Source: a virus
Strand: one strand, 5' to 3'
DNA length: 41,119 bases
Virus genome (UHGV): UHGV-0135785
Made by a program: the position numbers and the translations under genes. The notes beneath the pieces are model-generated. The model was not told where the DNA came from, ran no database searches, and was given only the letters and a program-made list of their open reading frames with translations. This document shows, piece after piece, positions 1 to 8,527 of this stretch (position 1 is its first letter; every line of letters begins with the position of its first letter).

Positions 1-64
1 TAGTTACGAGCGACATTGCTCCGTGTATTCACTCGTTGGAATGAATACACAGTGCTTATTCGTA

Positions 65-535
65 CTAATAAAATACCCAATTTTCTGTTTCTTGGTTGTG
101 TCCAAAGTTATATTCAATATCTGATGTTGATGTATCAATATTTTTCATCCCATCAACAAGAGTTGATACAACAGCCAAATCTTGTTTTATTCTCATTAAA
201 TGGTATTTCTTCCGGCGCAATAAACTTTCAATAGCAAGTTTCTTCGTTGGGAATGCAAAAGATCTTTCTGCATTTTTTGCTACTTTCTTAATTGCATATC
301 TATTTCTCCTTTGTTTCCATTCCTGTAACCACTGATTTGGTGCTGGTTTAAAATTAACAATCCAATGCGCAGGAACCAACCATGCATAATGCTCTGTCTG
401 ATGAAAAGCTATATATTGAAGTGCGAATATTTTGATTCCATCTTCTTCAACTGTCGCTTGGAATCTCCAGAAAACAGGCATTCCCTCATGTTCAGTTTCT
501 GATTCAGGAAAAGGTACGCTCCATGATTTTGTCAT
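65..535 (-). CDS. Hypothetical protein (156 aa), AT-rich cargo gene downstream of N in the pL operon
   Basis: Intact ORF on the track. Start preceded by GAGGTGAGAT RBS. Region visibly more AT-rich than the phage backbone. No family recognised. Confidence 0.5.
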   Translation of the reverse strand: MTKSWSVPFPESETEHEGMPVFWRFQATVEEDGIKIFALQYIAFHQTEHYAWLVPAHWIVNFKPAPNQWLQEWKQRRNRYAIKKVAKNAERSFAFPTKKLAIESLLRRKKYHLMRIKQDLAVVSTLVDGMKNIDTSTSDIEYNFGHNQETENWVFY

Positions 536-648
536 ATCTCACCTCAAATAATTCAGTGCAGTGTTTATTCTGTTGTTTATGCCAAAAGAAGGCAGACTAT
601 GCGGCCTGTGATGTTAGATTTACTTTCATTTTTGAACGGCAGCTACAA

Positions 649-912
649 TTATGATGGAATGTACAAAACCTCTTTCCAGTTCATAGAAGTGGATGATGGC
701 ATAAAATAATCCCACGACTCGTTAGCTACTAACTCTTTATTAACTGTGGTGGCAGCAATTTCGGCACCACCTTTATTATTAAAAATGTCGTTCGAATACT
801 GACATTTTCCATCTGCATGCACATATAAAATATCATATGTCTCTGTATCGTAATCACCACTTATGTCTCTGATAACAATTCCTGGCTTCAATGATTTAAT
901 TTTCTTGTCCAT
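649..912 (-). CDS. Hypothetical protein (87 aa), AT-rich cargo gene immediately downstream of N
   Basis: Intact ORF. Its ATG lies 5 nt after the N stop, inside a 19-nt element that is repeated at the start of the next ORF. No family recognised. Confidence 0.5.
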   Translation of the reverse strand: MDKKIKSLKPGIVIRDISGDYDTETYDILYVHADGKCQYSNDIFNNKGGAEIAATTVNKELVANESWDYFMPSSTSMNWKEVLYIPS

Positions 913-920
913 ATCTCACC

Positions 921-1220
921 TCAAATAAGTGGTTTGCTGCCTAATTTCATTTTCTGGCGACCAACACAAGTAACACCCATTTCACTGCGTGGCTTGCGGT
1001 AGTAAATACGGTTCTGTTTACGCTCGACTTCTTCTGCCTTCTTGCAGCGAAGGCTTCCGAGTGATGCTGCTTTGTCTGCTCTGACGCAACCAGAGAGCTT
1101 TAGCGCAATTTTTCGCGCCAGTCGCTGCTCTTGCATTGCCTGTTCACGTTGAGCCTGTCTGCGTGCTCTGCGGCGATTTCTGGCGTTATCGTCAGCCAGA
1201 TATGTAATGACTACTGTCAT
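921..1220 (-). CDS. N: N-like transcription antiterminator
   Basis: C-terminus (RKQNRIYYRKPRSEMGVTCVGRQKMKLGSKPLI) closely resembles recalled lambda N C-terminus. Arg-rich N-terminal segment (NARNRRRARRQAQ). GGAGG RBS. nutL-like site upstream. Confidence 0.75.
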   Translation of the reverse strand: MTVVITYLADDNARNRRRARRQAQREQAMQEQRLARKIALKLSGCVRADKAASLGSLRCKKAEEVERKQNRIYYRKPRSEMGVTCVGRQKMKLGSKPLI

Positions 1221-1328
1221 GTTGACCTCCGATGATTGACTTTGGCGGTGACGCGCCGGGTGCTTATCTTCCGGTTGCCGTCGTGCAGCTGCACTTCACG
1301 CCACCCCAAAGCCAACTACTCTTTGGTT

Positions 1329-1368
1329 CCCGCATTTCGGCGGGACAATCCCATCAATGTTAAAGAGC
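1329..1368 (-). promoter_or_regulatory. nutL: nutL-like site (boxA GCTCTTTAAC plus boxB hairpin CCCGC-CGAAAT-GCGGG)
   Basis: On the minus strand a boxA-consensus match is followed 14 nt later by a 5-bp stem with purine-rich loop. The same boxA/boxB pair recurs after cro at 2459..2499. Confidence 0.55.
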
Positions 1369-1409
1369 TTGCCAACCTGTTCCGTTTGGCTACCAGCGTC
1401 CTGCTGATG

Positions 1410-1445
1410 GCTTAAATTTAAGATCTCTTTAATTAATGGTCAAGA
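1410..1445 (-). promoter_or_regulatory. pL-like promoter with overlapping P22-type operator (OL)
   Basis: Minus strand: TTGACC, 17-nt spacer, TAAATT. Near-palindromic ATTTAAGATCTCTTTAAT (1416..1433) lies between -35 and -10 and resembles P22 c2 operator half-sites. Further TTAAG-containing half-sites at about 1461..1490. Confidence 0.5.
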
Positions 1446-1510
1446 GTGTTTTTGAAGAAAACTTAAATTTTCTTTCGTAACTTAAGTTTGGCTTTGATTT
1501 TTAAAGGAAA

Positions 1511-1534
1511 TAAAAAAAAGGGGCGAATGCCCCC
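1511..1534 (-). terminator. Rho-independent terminator directly after the repressor gene
   Basis: Minus-strand RNA: GGGGC-AUUC-GCCCC followed by a run of 8 U. Confidence 0.6.
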
Positions 1535-2185
1535 TTATGGAAGGTTTGCTAGTTTTGCATCGACAACTACGCCGATGATTTTGCAGTTTCCGTTGATCTC
1601 GATCATCGGATATTGTGGGTTAAGTGGTTTTAGAAACTTCCTGCCTGCATCAATAACTAACTTCTTGAAAGTTGCCTCGTTTTCTCCTTCGAGCTTTGCA
1701 ACTACCAGTTTCCCGTTACGCGGCTCTACTTCAGGATCGACGAGTATTATCATTCCTTCAGGGATACTGAGACCGGCCGGAGCCGTCATTGAGTCTCCCT
1801 TCACGTCCAACCAAAACGAATCTTCTGAACAGTCTACGGTTGTATCGTACCAGTTATCTATTGCACGCTTATGATATGGTTCTACAGCTTCCATCCAGCA
1901 TCCTGCGCTCACCCAGCTAATCAGAGGGTATGACCCTCTTGGATCATGCCTACTGTGATAGGCAATGTTTGAAAGACTTTCCTCTCCTTTCATCAGATAG
2001 TCAGGGGAACACTTCAACGCATTAGCCAGGGCGAGAAGATTCTCTCCATTTGGCTCTGTCTCAGAGCGTTCCCACTGAGATATGGCAACATTAGACACGC
2101 CGACCATCTTTCCAAGTGCGGCCTGCCTGATCTTGAGTTCTTTTCTCCGAGCGCGAATGCGCTCTCCCATCAATTGAGTTTTCAT
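1535..2185 (-). CDS. c2: CI-type repressor (P22 C2-like; HTH plus LexA-like S24 autocleavage domain)
   Basis: 216-aa translation matches recalled P22 C2 repressor nearly end to end (MKTQLMGERIRARRKELKIRQAALGKMVGVSNVAISQWERSE... GVVVDAKLANLP). Confidence 0.95.
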   Translation of the reverse strand: MKTQLMGERIRARRKELKIRQAALGKMVGVSNVAISQWERSETEPNGENLLALANALKCSPDYLMKGEESLSNIAYHSRHDPRGSYPLISWVSAGCWMEAVEPYHKRAIDNWYDTTVDCSEDSFWLDVKGDSMTAPAGLSIPEGMIILVDPEVEPRNGKLVVAKLEGENEATFKKLVIDAGRKFLKPLNPQYPMIEINGNCKIIGVVVDAKLANLP

Positions 2186-2251
2186 AGTTAAGACATCTTA
2201 AATAAACTTGACTTAAGATTCCTTTAGTGGATAATTTAAGTGTTCTTTAAT
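2186..2251. promoter_or_regulatory. OR operator region with divergent PR and PRM
   Basis: Perfect inverted repeat TTAAGA-CA-TCTTAA (2188..2201). ATTTAAGTGTTCTTTAAT at 2234..2251. PR: TTGACT (2208..2213), 16-nt spacer, GATAAT (2230..2235). c2 ATG sits 9 nt after a TAAGAT -10-like hexamer on the minus strand. Confidence 0.7.
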
Positions 2252-2265
2252 TTCGGAGCGAGTCT

Positions 2266-2451
2266 ATGTACAAGAAAGATGTTATCGACCACTTCGGAAC
2301 CCAGCGTGCTGTAGCTAAAGCGTTAGGCATTAGCGACGCAGCAGTCTCTCAGTGGAAGGAAGTCATCCCAGAGAAAGACGCCTATCGACTGGAAGTCGTT
2401 ACAGCTGGCGCCCTGAAGTATCAAGAAAGCGCTTACCGCAAAGCGGCATAA
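2266..2451 (+). CDS. cro: Cro repressor
   Basis: 61-aa HTH protein first after PR; matches recalled P22 Cro (MYKKDVIDHFGTQRAVAKALGISDAAVSQWK...). Confidence 0.9.
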   Translation: MYKKDVIDHFGTQRAVAKALGISDAAVSQWKEVIPEKDAYRLEVVTAGALKYQESAYRKAA

Positions 2452-2458
2452 GCAAATT

Positions 2459-2499
2459 GCTCTTTAACAGTCATGGTCCTCATTCCCGCCGAAATGCGG
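2459..2499 (+). promoter_or_regulatory. nutR: nutR-like site (boxA GCTCTTTAACA, boxB CCCGC-CGAAAT-GCGGG)
   Basis: Directly after the cro stop. Same boxA and boxB as nutL, with the same 14-nt spacing. Confidence 0.6.
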
Positions 2500-2559
2500 G
2501 AATACAACGCGCATAAGTTGATGCGCATAACTTCTTATTTGTTAAGGAAATACTTACAT

Positions 2560-2856
2560 ATGGTTCGTGCAAACAAACGCAACGAGGCTCTAAGAATCGA
2601 GAGTGCGTTGCTTAACAAAATCGCAATGCTTGGAACTGAGAAGACAGCGGAAGCTGTGGGAGTTGATAAGTCGCAGATCAGCAGGTGGAAGAGGGACTGG
2701 ATTCCAAAGTTCTCAATGCTGCTTGCTGTTCTTGAATGGGGTGTCGTTGACGACGACATGGCTCGATTGGCACGACAAGTTGCTTCGATTCTCACCAATA
2801 AAAAACGCCCGGTGTGCAAGACCGAGCGTTCTGATCAAATACAAATGGAATTTTAA
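2560..2856 (+). CDS. c1: CII-like lysogeny activator (P22 C1-like)
   Basis: Translation from the internal ATG (MVRANKRNEALRIESALLNKIAMLGTEKTAEAVGVDKSQISRWKRDWIPKF...) resembles P22 C1/lambda CII. AAGGAAA RBS. The track's upstream extension would run through nutR. Confidence 0.85.
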   Translation: MVRANKRNEALRIESALLNKIAMLGTEKTAEAVGVDKSQISRWKRDWIPKFSMLLAVLEWGVVDDDMARLARQVASILTNKKRPVCKTERSDQIQMEF

Positions 2857-2878
2857 CAACATCCAACGAGGTAATTAT

Positions 2879-3151
2879 ATGCGAAACAAAGGCTTTAATC
2901 CACCTGATACACACAAAGAAGCTAAGCGTTTGCGCTTCCTTCGTTCCATTGATGAAAGAACTCAAATCTCTTTTGTGAAAGTTGCCAGAACTGAGCTTCT
3001 GAAGGCTGAGGCGAGGGCGTTGCTCCCGTCTCTACCAAAAGAGGAGGGATATACGTTCATTCCAAACGCATTTCTGGAAAAGCTTCTCAAAGAAGACATA
3101 TCCGTAAGTCAGTTTAACGATGTTCTTAAGGTCTTTCGTCAAGGCAGGTAG
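2879..3151 (+). CDS. Hypothetical small protein between cII-like and the replication initiator
   Basis: Internal ATG of track ORF 2603..3151 (MRNKGFNPPDTHKEAKRLRFLRSIDERTQISF...) with GAGG RBS. The upstream part of that ORF overlaps c1 in another frame. Confidence 0.45.
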   Translation: MRNKGFNPPDTHKEAKRLRFLRSIDERTQISFVKVARTELLKAEARALLPSLPKEEGYTFIPNAFLEKLLKEDISVSQFNDVLKVFRQGR

Positions 3152-3153
3152 TT

Positions 3154-4101
3154 ATGAGCAATACAGCAAAAATCTACGATTTCAGCGCCGCACACGAGCG
3201 CAGGAGCAACAGGATGGAGAACCAGAAAACTGGTTACATTCCGTTGTACCGGAGCATTCTGAAACAGTCATGGGCGAAAGATGTTTATCTTCGCACCCTG
3301 TGGGAAAACCTTCTCCTGAATGCCGCCAGAAAGCCATACAAAGCGAATTTCAAAGGTCATGAATGGCATCTGCAACCCGGTCAACTGGTTGTGACAGCAG
3401 CTGATTTAGGTCTTCAGTTATGCGACAGGCATGGCAAGCCAGCAAGCCGCGATCAGGTTGAGCGGATGCTTCAGGTTTTTGTGAAAGAGGGGATGATCTC
3501 CATTGATGGAGAGAAGCAAAAAGGTCGTGTGATCACCATCACAAATTACCATGAATATGCTCAAAAAATGGACAATTCACCCGCACATGAAGCCGCACAA
3601 ACAACCGCACATGATGCCGCACATGATGAAGCCAGTAATGGCGCGGCTTTCAGCGTACATGCCACACATGAAAGCGCACATGAAGCCGCACAAACAACCG
3701 CACATCATGAACAAGAAGGTATTAACAAGAATATAAATAATACCCCCCTACCCCCCAATGGGGGAGGCGATGGGCAGGTTAAACCTGAACGTCGCAAGGC
3801 AGAACGAATCGACTACGAATCCTTCCTGAACGCCTACAACACCGAAGTCGGTGACAGACTTCCACATGCTGTTGCGGTCAACGAGAAACGCAAACGCCGC
3901 CTGAAGAAAATCATCCCGCAACTGAAAACGCCAAACGTGGACGGTTTCAGAGCGTATGTCAGGGCGTTTGTGCATCAGGCCAAGCCGTTTTACTTCGGAG
4001 ACAACGACACGGGCTGGACGGCAGATTTTGATTACCTGCTGAGGGAAGACTCGTTAACGGGAGTTCGGGAAGGGAAGTTTGCAGACAGGGGGATTGCATG
4101 A
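3154..4101 (+). CDS. Replication initiation protein (lambda O-like N-terminal domain)
   Basis: N-terminal 130 aa resemble the O family ([59 protein letters not shown]). Iteron array inside the gene. Followed by the helicase gene with overlapping stop/start. Confidence 0.85.
   Translation: MSNTAKIYDFSAAHERRSNRMENQKTGYIPLYRSILKQSWAKDVYLRTLWENLLLNAARKPYKANFKGHEWHLQPGQLVVTAADLGLQLCDRHGKPASRDQVERMLQVFVKEGMISIDGEKQKGRVITITNYHEYAQKMDNSPAHEAAQTTAHDAAHDEASNGAAFSVHATHESAHEAAQTTAHHEQEGINKNINNTPLPPNGGGDGQVKPERRKAERIDYESFLNAYNTEVGDRLPHAVAVNEKRKRRLKKIIPQLKTPNVDGFRAYVRAFVHQAKPFYFGDNDTGWTADFDYLLREDSLTGVREGKFADRGIA
3581..3709. repeat. Iteron-like direct repeats (candidate ori) inside the O-like gene
   Basis: Multiple copies of CCGCACATGA(T/A)G-type units. 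A 27-nt block (CATGAAGCCGCACAAACAACCGCACAT) occurs twice, at 3586 and 3679. AT-rich tract follows at 3720..3745. Confidence 0.6.
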
Positions 4102-5474
4102 GACAGGATATCGAAGCGAGCGTTATCGGCGGTCTGCTGATTGGTGGATTAACACCAACCGCCAGTGACGTTCTGGCAACGCTGGAGCCGGAAGCGTTTT
4201 CAATTCCGCTCTACCGGAAAGCCTTCGAGGTTATCCGCAAGCAGGCGCGAAACAGAAACCTAATCGACGCGCTGATGGTTGCCGAGGCGTGCGGAGAGGA
4301 GCATTTCACGTCAATCCTGATGACCAGCAAAAACTGCCCGAGTGCCGCAAACCTGAAGGGATATGCCGGAATGGTCGCGGATAACTATCACCGCCGTCTG
4401 GTGCTGGAAATCATGGATGAAATGCGTGAACCAATCCAAAGCGGAACCATCGACGCATCGAGTCAGGCGATGGATGAACTTGTAAAGCGTCTCTCAGCCA
4501 TCAGAAAGCCCCGTGACGAGGTTAAACCGGTACGCTTAGGGGAAATCATCACTGACTACACCGACACACTTGACAGGCGTCTGAGGAACGGAGAAGAGTC
4601 AGATACCCTGAAGACCGGAATCGAAGAACTTGACGCCATCACCGGAGGGATGAACGCAGAAGACCTGGTGATAATCGCTGCTCGTCCTGGTATGGGGAAA
4701 ACCGAGCTGGCGCTGAAGATTGCCGAAGGCGTTGCAAACCGCGTTATTCCTGGTTCTGACGTCCGGCGCGGAGTGTTGATTTTCTCGATGGAAATGAGCG
4801 CATTGCAGATTGCAGAGCGAAGCATTGCCAACGCCGGGAGGATGTCGGTTAGTGTGCTGCGAAATCCTGCAGCGATGGATGACGAAGGCTGGGCGCGCGT
4901 TGCTAACGGCATGAGTCAGCTTGCGGATTTGGATGTATGGGTAGTCGATGCCTCGCGGTTATCGGTCGAAGAAATACGCTCAATCGCAGAACGGCACAAA
5001 CAGGAAAATCCAAACCTGTCACTCATCATGGCGGATTATCTTGGACTGATTGAGAAGCCGAAAGCAGACCGCAACGACCTCGCAATTGCTCACATCTCCG
5101 GAAGCCTGAAGGCGATGGCGAAAGACCTGAAAACGCCTGTTATCTCCCTGAGTCAGCTTTCGCGCGATGTTGAGAAGCGACCAAACAAACGCCCGACAAA
5201 CGCAGATTTGCGTGATTCAGGAAGCATTGAACAGGACGCAGACTCAATCATCATGCTCTATCGGGAAGCGGTATATGACGAGAACAGTAGCGCCGCGCCA
5301 TTTGCTGAAATCATCGTGACGAAAAACCGTTTTGGCTCGCTTGGTACGGTTTACCAGCGATTCTGTAACGGACACTTTGTTGCATGTGACCAGGATGAGG
5401 CCAGACAGATTTGCACAGCATCAAATGCACCTGCTGCGCGTGGCAGACGATATGCACAAGGGGCTGACGTATGA
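4098..5474 (+). CDS. Replicative DNA helicase, DnaB family
   Basis: 458 aa. Walker A ([16 protein letters not shown]). DnaB-like motifs ([41 protein letters not shown]). Position matches P22 gene 12. Confidence 0.9.
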   Translation: MRQDIEASVIGGLLIGGLTPTASDVLATLEPEAFSIPLYRKAFEVIRKQARNRNLIDALMVAEACGEEHFTSILMTSKNCPSAANLKGYAGMVADNYHRRLVLEIMDEMREPIQSGTIDASSQAMDELVKRLSAIRKPRDEVKPVRLGEIITDYTDTLDRRLRNGEESDTLKTGIEELDAITGGMNAEDLVIIAARPGMGKTELALKIAEGVANRVIPGSDVRRGVLIFSMEMSALQIAERSIANAGRMSVSVLRNPAAMDDEGWARVANGMSQLADLDVWVVDASRLSVEEIRSIAERHKQENPNLSLIMADYLGLIEKPKADRNDLAIAHISGSLKAMAKDLKTPVISLSQLSRDVEKRPNKRPTNADLRDSGSIEQDADSIIMLYREAVYDENSSAAPFAEIIVTKNRFGSLGTVYQRFCNGHFVACDQDEARQICTASNAPAARGRRYAQGADV

Positions 5475-5740
5475 ATAAAAAACAATTAGCCATTCTCGAA
5501 AAGGCATGGGATGCACAAATATCATGCGCTTTGAAAGAACAGGCACTACCAATAATCCAGACCAAATCGAAAATAGCCAGGCAGTTATGCGATGACGGAT
5601 TCCTGAACGAAGTTGAGATTACGCGCCAGATGGTAACGTTCAAAGGGTATGAGATAAATCATCATGGTATAGCGGCGTATTGCTCCCATCTTCCTGATGA
5701 CGTTGACATTGATGAAATGGAAAGGGAGATGAAGCAATGA
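5471..5740 (+). CDS. Hypothetical nin-region protein (89 aa)
   Basis: Intact ORF with start overlapping the helicase stop. No family recognised. Confidence 0.5.
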   Translation: MNKKQLAILEKAWDAQISCALKEQALPIIQTKSKIARQLCDDGFLNEVEITRQMVTFKGYEINHHGIAAYCSHLPDDVDIDEMEREMKQ

Positions 5741-5765
5741 CCATCTACATTACTGAGCTAATAAC

Positions 5766-5797
5766 AGGCCTGCTGGTAATCGCAGGCCTTTTTATTT
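5766..5797 (+). terminator. Rho-independent terminator in the nin region
   Basis: 8-bp GC-rich stem AGGCCTGC/GCAGGCCT with loop TGGTAATC, then TTTTTATTT. Confidence 0.6.
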
Positions 5798-5812
5798 GGG
5801 GGAGAGTAAATC

Positions 5813-6019
5813 GTGGTTGAGTTGATTTTCTCTGCATTGAGGATTCTCGGTGCTATGTGGATGGTGTCGACGTTCATTGTGGTTGTCGGAAGTTTTGTCC
5901 GGTTGGTAGGCGAAGGTAAAGACCTGGTGGGTGTGCTTTTCGGTAGCATTTTCCTGTGGGTGATTATCGGTGTTATGCCTGTTGTCGTTGCAAAAGTGGC
6001 GTTTTGTGAGTTGAACTGA
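5813..6019 (+). CDS. Small hydrophobic membrane protein (68 aa, GTG start)
   Basis: Two predicted TM segments. GGGAGAG RBS. Lies directly after the terminator; a 27-codon ORF (5737..5820) overlaps it across the hairpin. Confidence 0.4.
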   Translation: MVELIFSALRILGAMWMVSTFIVVVGSFVRLVGEGKDLVGVLFGSIFLWVIIGVMPVVVAKVAFCELN

Positions 6020-6031
6020 GGGTAAGTATCG

Positions 6032-6394
6032 ATGGACGAATCAAGAAAGCAGTTTGAAGAAAGTTGGTTGCGACGTGGAGGCGAATCCTCAGACCTTATC
6101 CGTTACCCTGAAAATCACCATGAAATTGGCAGTGGTGATATTGGTGGTCAATACGTGATGGACGATGTTCAAGGCCACTGGCAAACGTGGCAGGCATCGC
6201 GAGCAGCTATTGAACTGGATATCGACTGGCCCGAATCGAATGACGACTTTTGGAAAGATGGTGAAGAAGGTGCTTATGCGATGGGTTATGAGGATGGGAG
6301 AGACAAAACGGTAATTGCAGTAATGAAAGCTATCAGAGCCGCTGGAATTAAAGAGAAGAATTTCGATGAAGCAAACAATCTTCCTCCGAACTAA
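6032..6394 (+). CDS. Hypothetical acidic protein (120 aa)
   Basis: Intact ORF. No family recognised. Confidence 0.5.
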   Translation: MDESRKQFEESWLRRGGESSDLIRYPENHHEIGSGDIGGQYVMDDVQGHWQTWQASRAAIELDIDWPESNDDFWKDGEEGAYAMGYEDGRDKTVIAVMKAIRAAGIKEKNFDEANNLPPN

Positions 6395-6776
6395 GCAACA
6401 ACAGCAAGCCGCAATCAACGCCATCCTCGCAACACCACTCGATAAAGACAAGCCAGTCACCATCCGCATTACTGACTACAAGCGCAACCTTGACCAGAAC
6501 GCAAAATTTCACGTGATGCTGGCGGATATCGCTCGTCAGGTTCAATGGTGCGGCAAATGGTTAAAACCGGAACAATGGAAGGTTTTGTTGATCAGCGGTC
6601 ATGCAGTGGCAACAAACCTGGAAGCTGATGTTTTGCCCGGGCTTGAAGGCGAATACGTCAACATTCGCGAAAGCAGCGCGCAGATGAGCGTGAAGCGCAT
6701 GGCAAGTCTGATCGAGTACACAACAGCCTGGGCTATTGGTCAGGGTGTCAGATTTACCGACAGGAGGTACGAATGA
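6366..6776 (+). CDS. ninB: NinB-like recombination protein
   Basis: 136 aa with the same pattern as recalled lambda NinB ([32 protein letters not shown]...). Confidence 0.8.
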   Translation: MKQTIFLRTKQQQQAAINAILATPLDKDKPVTIRITDYKRNLDQNAKFHVMLADIARQVQWCGKWLKPEQWKVLLISGHAVATNLEADVLPGLEGEYVNIRESSAQMSVKRMASLIEYTTAWAIGQGVRFTDRRYE

Positions 6777-6949
6777 GACGACAGCGACGAAGTATCACCG
6801 ACATAATCTGCGAAAACTGCAAATACCTTCCAACGAAACGCTCCAGAAATAAACCCAAGCCAATCCCAAAAGAATCTGACGTAAAAACCTTCAACTACAC
6901 GGCTCACCTGTGGGATATCCGGTGGCTAAGACATCGTGCGAGGAAATGA
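6773..6949 (+). CDS. ninE: NinE-like protein (58 aa; below the track threshold)
   Basis: Manual translation [58 protein letters not shown] matches recalled lambda NinE. Confidence 0.8.
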   Translation: MRRQRRSITDIICENCKYLPTKRSRNKPKPIPKESDVKTFNYTAHLWDIRWLRHRARK

Positions 6950-7353
6950 CAATGCTTTTAATTCAACCTGGATTTGGCCTTAGCATCAAAAAAGGGCACA
7001 TGTTCGGCGAGAAAGAGTCTCAACGAAAAATGGTGTCTATCCGGTTGCCATTTATCAGTATTTATTGGCTAAACAGGGAGGCAACAAATTATTGGTATAC
7101 ATGCGCCAGAGCAGCATTTAACGACCCTGAGTGGTTTGTAGAAAACCATCACGCTGTTCGTCAGGCAAAGAGAAAGGCCGAAACGACATACATGAAGGCG
7201 TATCGAAAAGCATGGAAAGAACACAGCGATCGATACCAACAAGACATGGAAAAGCTTGAATCAGAAAACATGGAATTAAGACGAAAGCTTGGTGAAGCAA
7301 AACGAGATATTGATGCTTACAAGCGACTTTTTAATGGTGAAAGCCATGCTTAG
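6946..7353 (+). CDS. Hypothetical nin-region protein with C-terminal coiled coil
   Basis: Track ORF 6910..7353; the ATG at 6946 overlaps the NinE stop (ATGA). Confidence 0.5.
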   Translation: MTMLLIQPGFGLSIKKGHMFGEKESQRKMVSIRLPFISIYWLNREATNYWYTCARAAFNDPEWFVENHHAVRQAKRKAETTYMKAYRKAWKEHSDRYQQDMEKLESENMELRRKLGEAKRDIDAYKRLFNGESHA

Positions 7354-7522
7354 TCCATCCCAATCCATTCAATACCAGAAAGAAAGCGTCGAGCGGGCTT
7401 TAACGTGCGCTAACTGCGGTCAGAAGCTGCATGTGCTGGAAGTTCACGTGTGTGAGCACTGCTGCGCAGAACTGATGAGCGATCCGAATAGCTCAATGTA
7501 CGAGGAAGAAGACGATGAATGA
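7346..7522 (+). CDS. ninF: NinF-like protein
   Basis: Internal ATG gives [58 protein letters not shown], matching recalled lambda NinF. Confidence 0.75.
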   Translation: MLSPSQSIQYQKESVERALTCANCGQKLHVLEVHVCEHCCAELMSDPNSSMYEEEDDE

Positions 7523-8237
7523 GTTAATAAATGGCAATGCCATCAAAATGACAAGCATTGAAATCGCTGAGTTGGTGGGAAGTCGTCATGACAAGGTGAA
7601 ACAATCTATTGAACGACTGGCGGCTCGAGGTGTGATCCGAAATCCCCCAATGGTGGTTTTCGAAAAAATCAATAACTTAGGATTACTTCGTGGCGTAGAG
7701 GCTTACGTTTTTGAGGGCGAACAAGGTAAGCGAGACAGTATTGTCGTTGTAGCCCAGTTGTCGCCGGAATTCACCGCTCGTCTTGTTGATCGTTGGCGAG
7801 AGCTTGAAGAAACTACGGTTAATATCCCCAAAACGCTACCGGAAGCGTTGCGCCTTGCTGCTGATCTTGCTGAGAAGAAAATGCAACTGGAAAACCAGCT
7901 CGCAATTGCCGCACCTAAAGTTGAGTTTGCCGATCGCGTTGGCGAGGCCAGCGGAATTTTGATTGGAAACTTTGCAAAGGTTGTTGGAATTGGTCCAAAC
8001 AAACTGTTTGCGTGGATGCGCGATCACAAAATCCTTATTGCTTCAGGTTCCCGGCGCAATGTGCCAATGCAGGAATATATGGATCGCGGCTATTTCACAG
8101 TGAAAGAAACAGCGGTCAACACAAATCACGGAATACAGATATCGTTCACCACAAAAATCACCGGGCGTGGTCAACAGTGGCTGACCAGAAAGCTGCTCGA
8201 TAACGGAATGCTGAAAGTAACAGGGGAGGCTGCTTAA
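7515..8237 (+). CDS. Rha-family phage regulatory protein with antirepressor-like C-terminal domain
   Basis: N-terminus SIEIAELVGSRHDKVKQSIERLAARGVI resembles the Rha domain; C-terminal part resembles KilAC/Ant-type domains. Confidence 0.65.
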   Translation: MNELINGNAIKMTSIEIAELVGSRHDKVKQSIERLAARGVIRNPPMVVFEKINNLGLLRGVEAYVFEGEQGKRDSIVVVAQLSPEFTARLVDRWRELEETTVNIPKTLPEALRLAADLAEKKMQLENQLAIAAPKVEFADRVGEASGILIGNFAKVVGIGPNKLFAWMRDHKILIASGSRRNVPMQEYMDRGYFTVKETAVNTNHGIQISFTTKITGRGQQWLTRKLLDNGMLKVTGEAA

Positions 8238-8527
8238 TGGCTAATCTACGCAAAGAAGCACGCGGCAGAGAATGCCAGGTACGTATTTACGGCGTATGCA
8301 ATGGCAATCCTGAAACTACAGTTCTGGCACATTACCGGATGGCTGGAATTTGCGGAACGGGAATGAAGCCTGACGACCTGATCGGCGCATGGGCTTGTAG
8401 CGCGTGTCACGATGAAATCGACCGACGCACCTATAATCTCGACAACAAAGACGCCAGACTTTACCACCTCGAAGGCGTGATCAGGACGCAGGCGATACTG
8501 CTGAAGGAGGGGAAGATTAAGTCATGA
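8237..8527 (+). CDS. DUF1364-family protein (YbcO-like, Cys-rich)
   Basis: 96 aa with paired Cys/His motifs (CQVRIYGVC ... CSACHDEID). Sits where I recall the ybcO-type gene upstream of rusA in lambdoid nin regions. Confidence 0.55.
   Translation: MANLRKEARGRECQVRIYGVCNGNPETTVLAHYRMAGICGTGMKPDDLIGAWACSACHDEIDRRTYNLDNKDARLYHLEGVIRTQAILLKEGKIKS

Noticed and set aside
2473..3151. Track ORFs 2473..2856 (long form) and 2603..3151 as single long genes
   Set aside because: The N-terminal extension of 2473..2856 runs through the nutR boxA/boxB site and the recognisable CII-like sequence starts at the ATG at 2560. 2603..3151 overlaps c1 in another frame for most of its length; only its 3' part from the ATG at 2879 is kept, at low confidence.
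3551..3736. 61-aa ORF rich in His/Pro/Met inside the O-like gene
   Set aside because: It is the iteron array read in an alternative frame, giving a low-complexity repetitive peptide. It is entirely inside the initiator gene.
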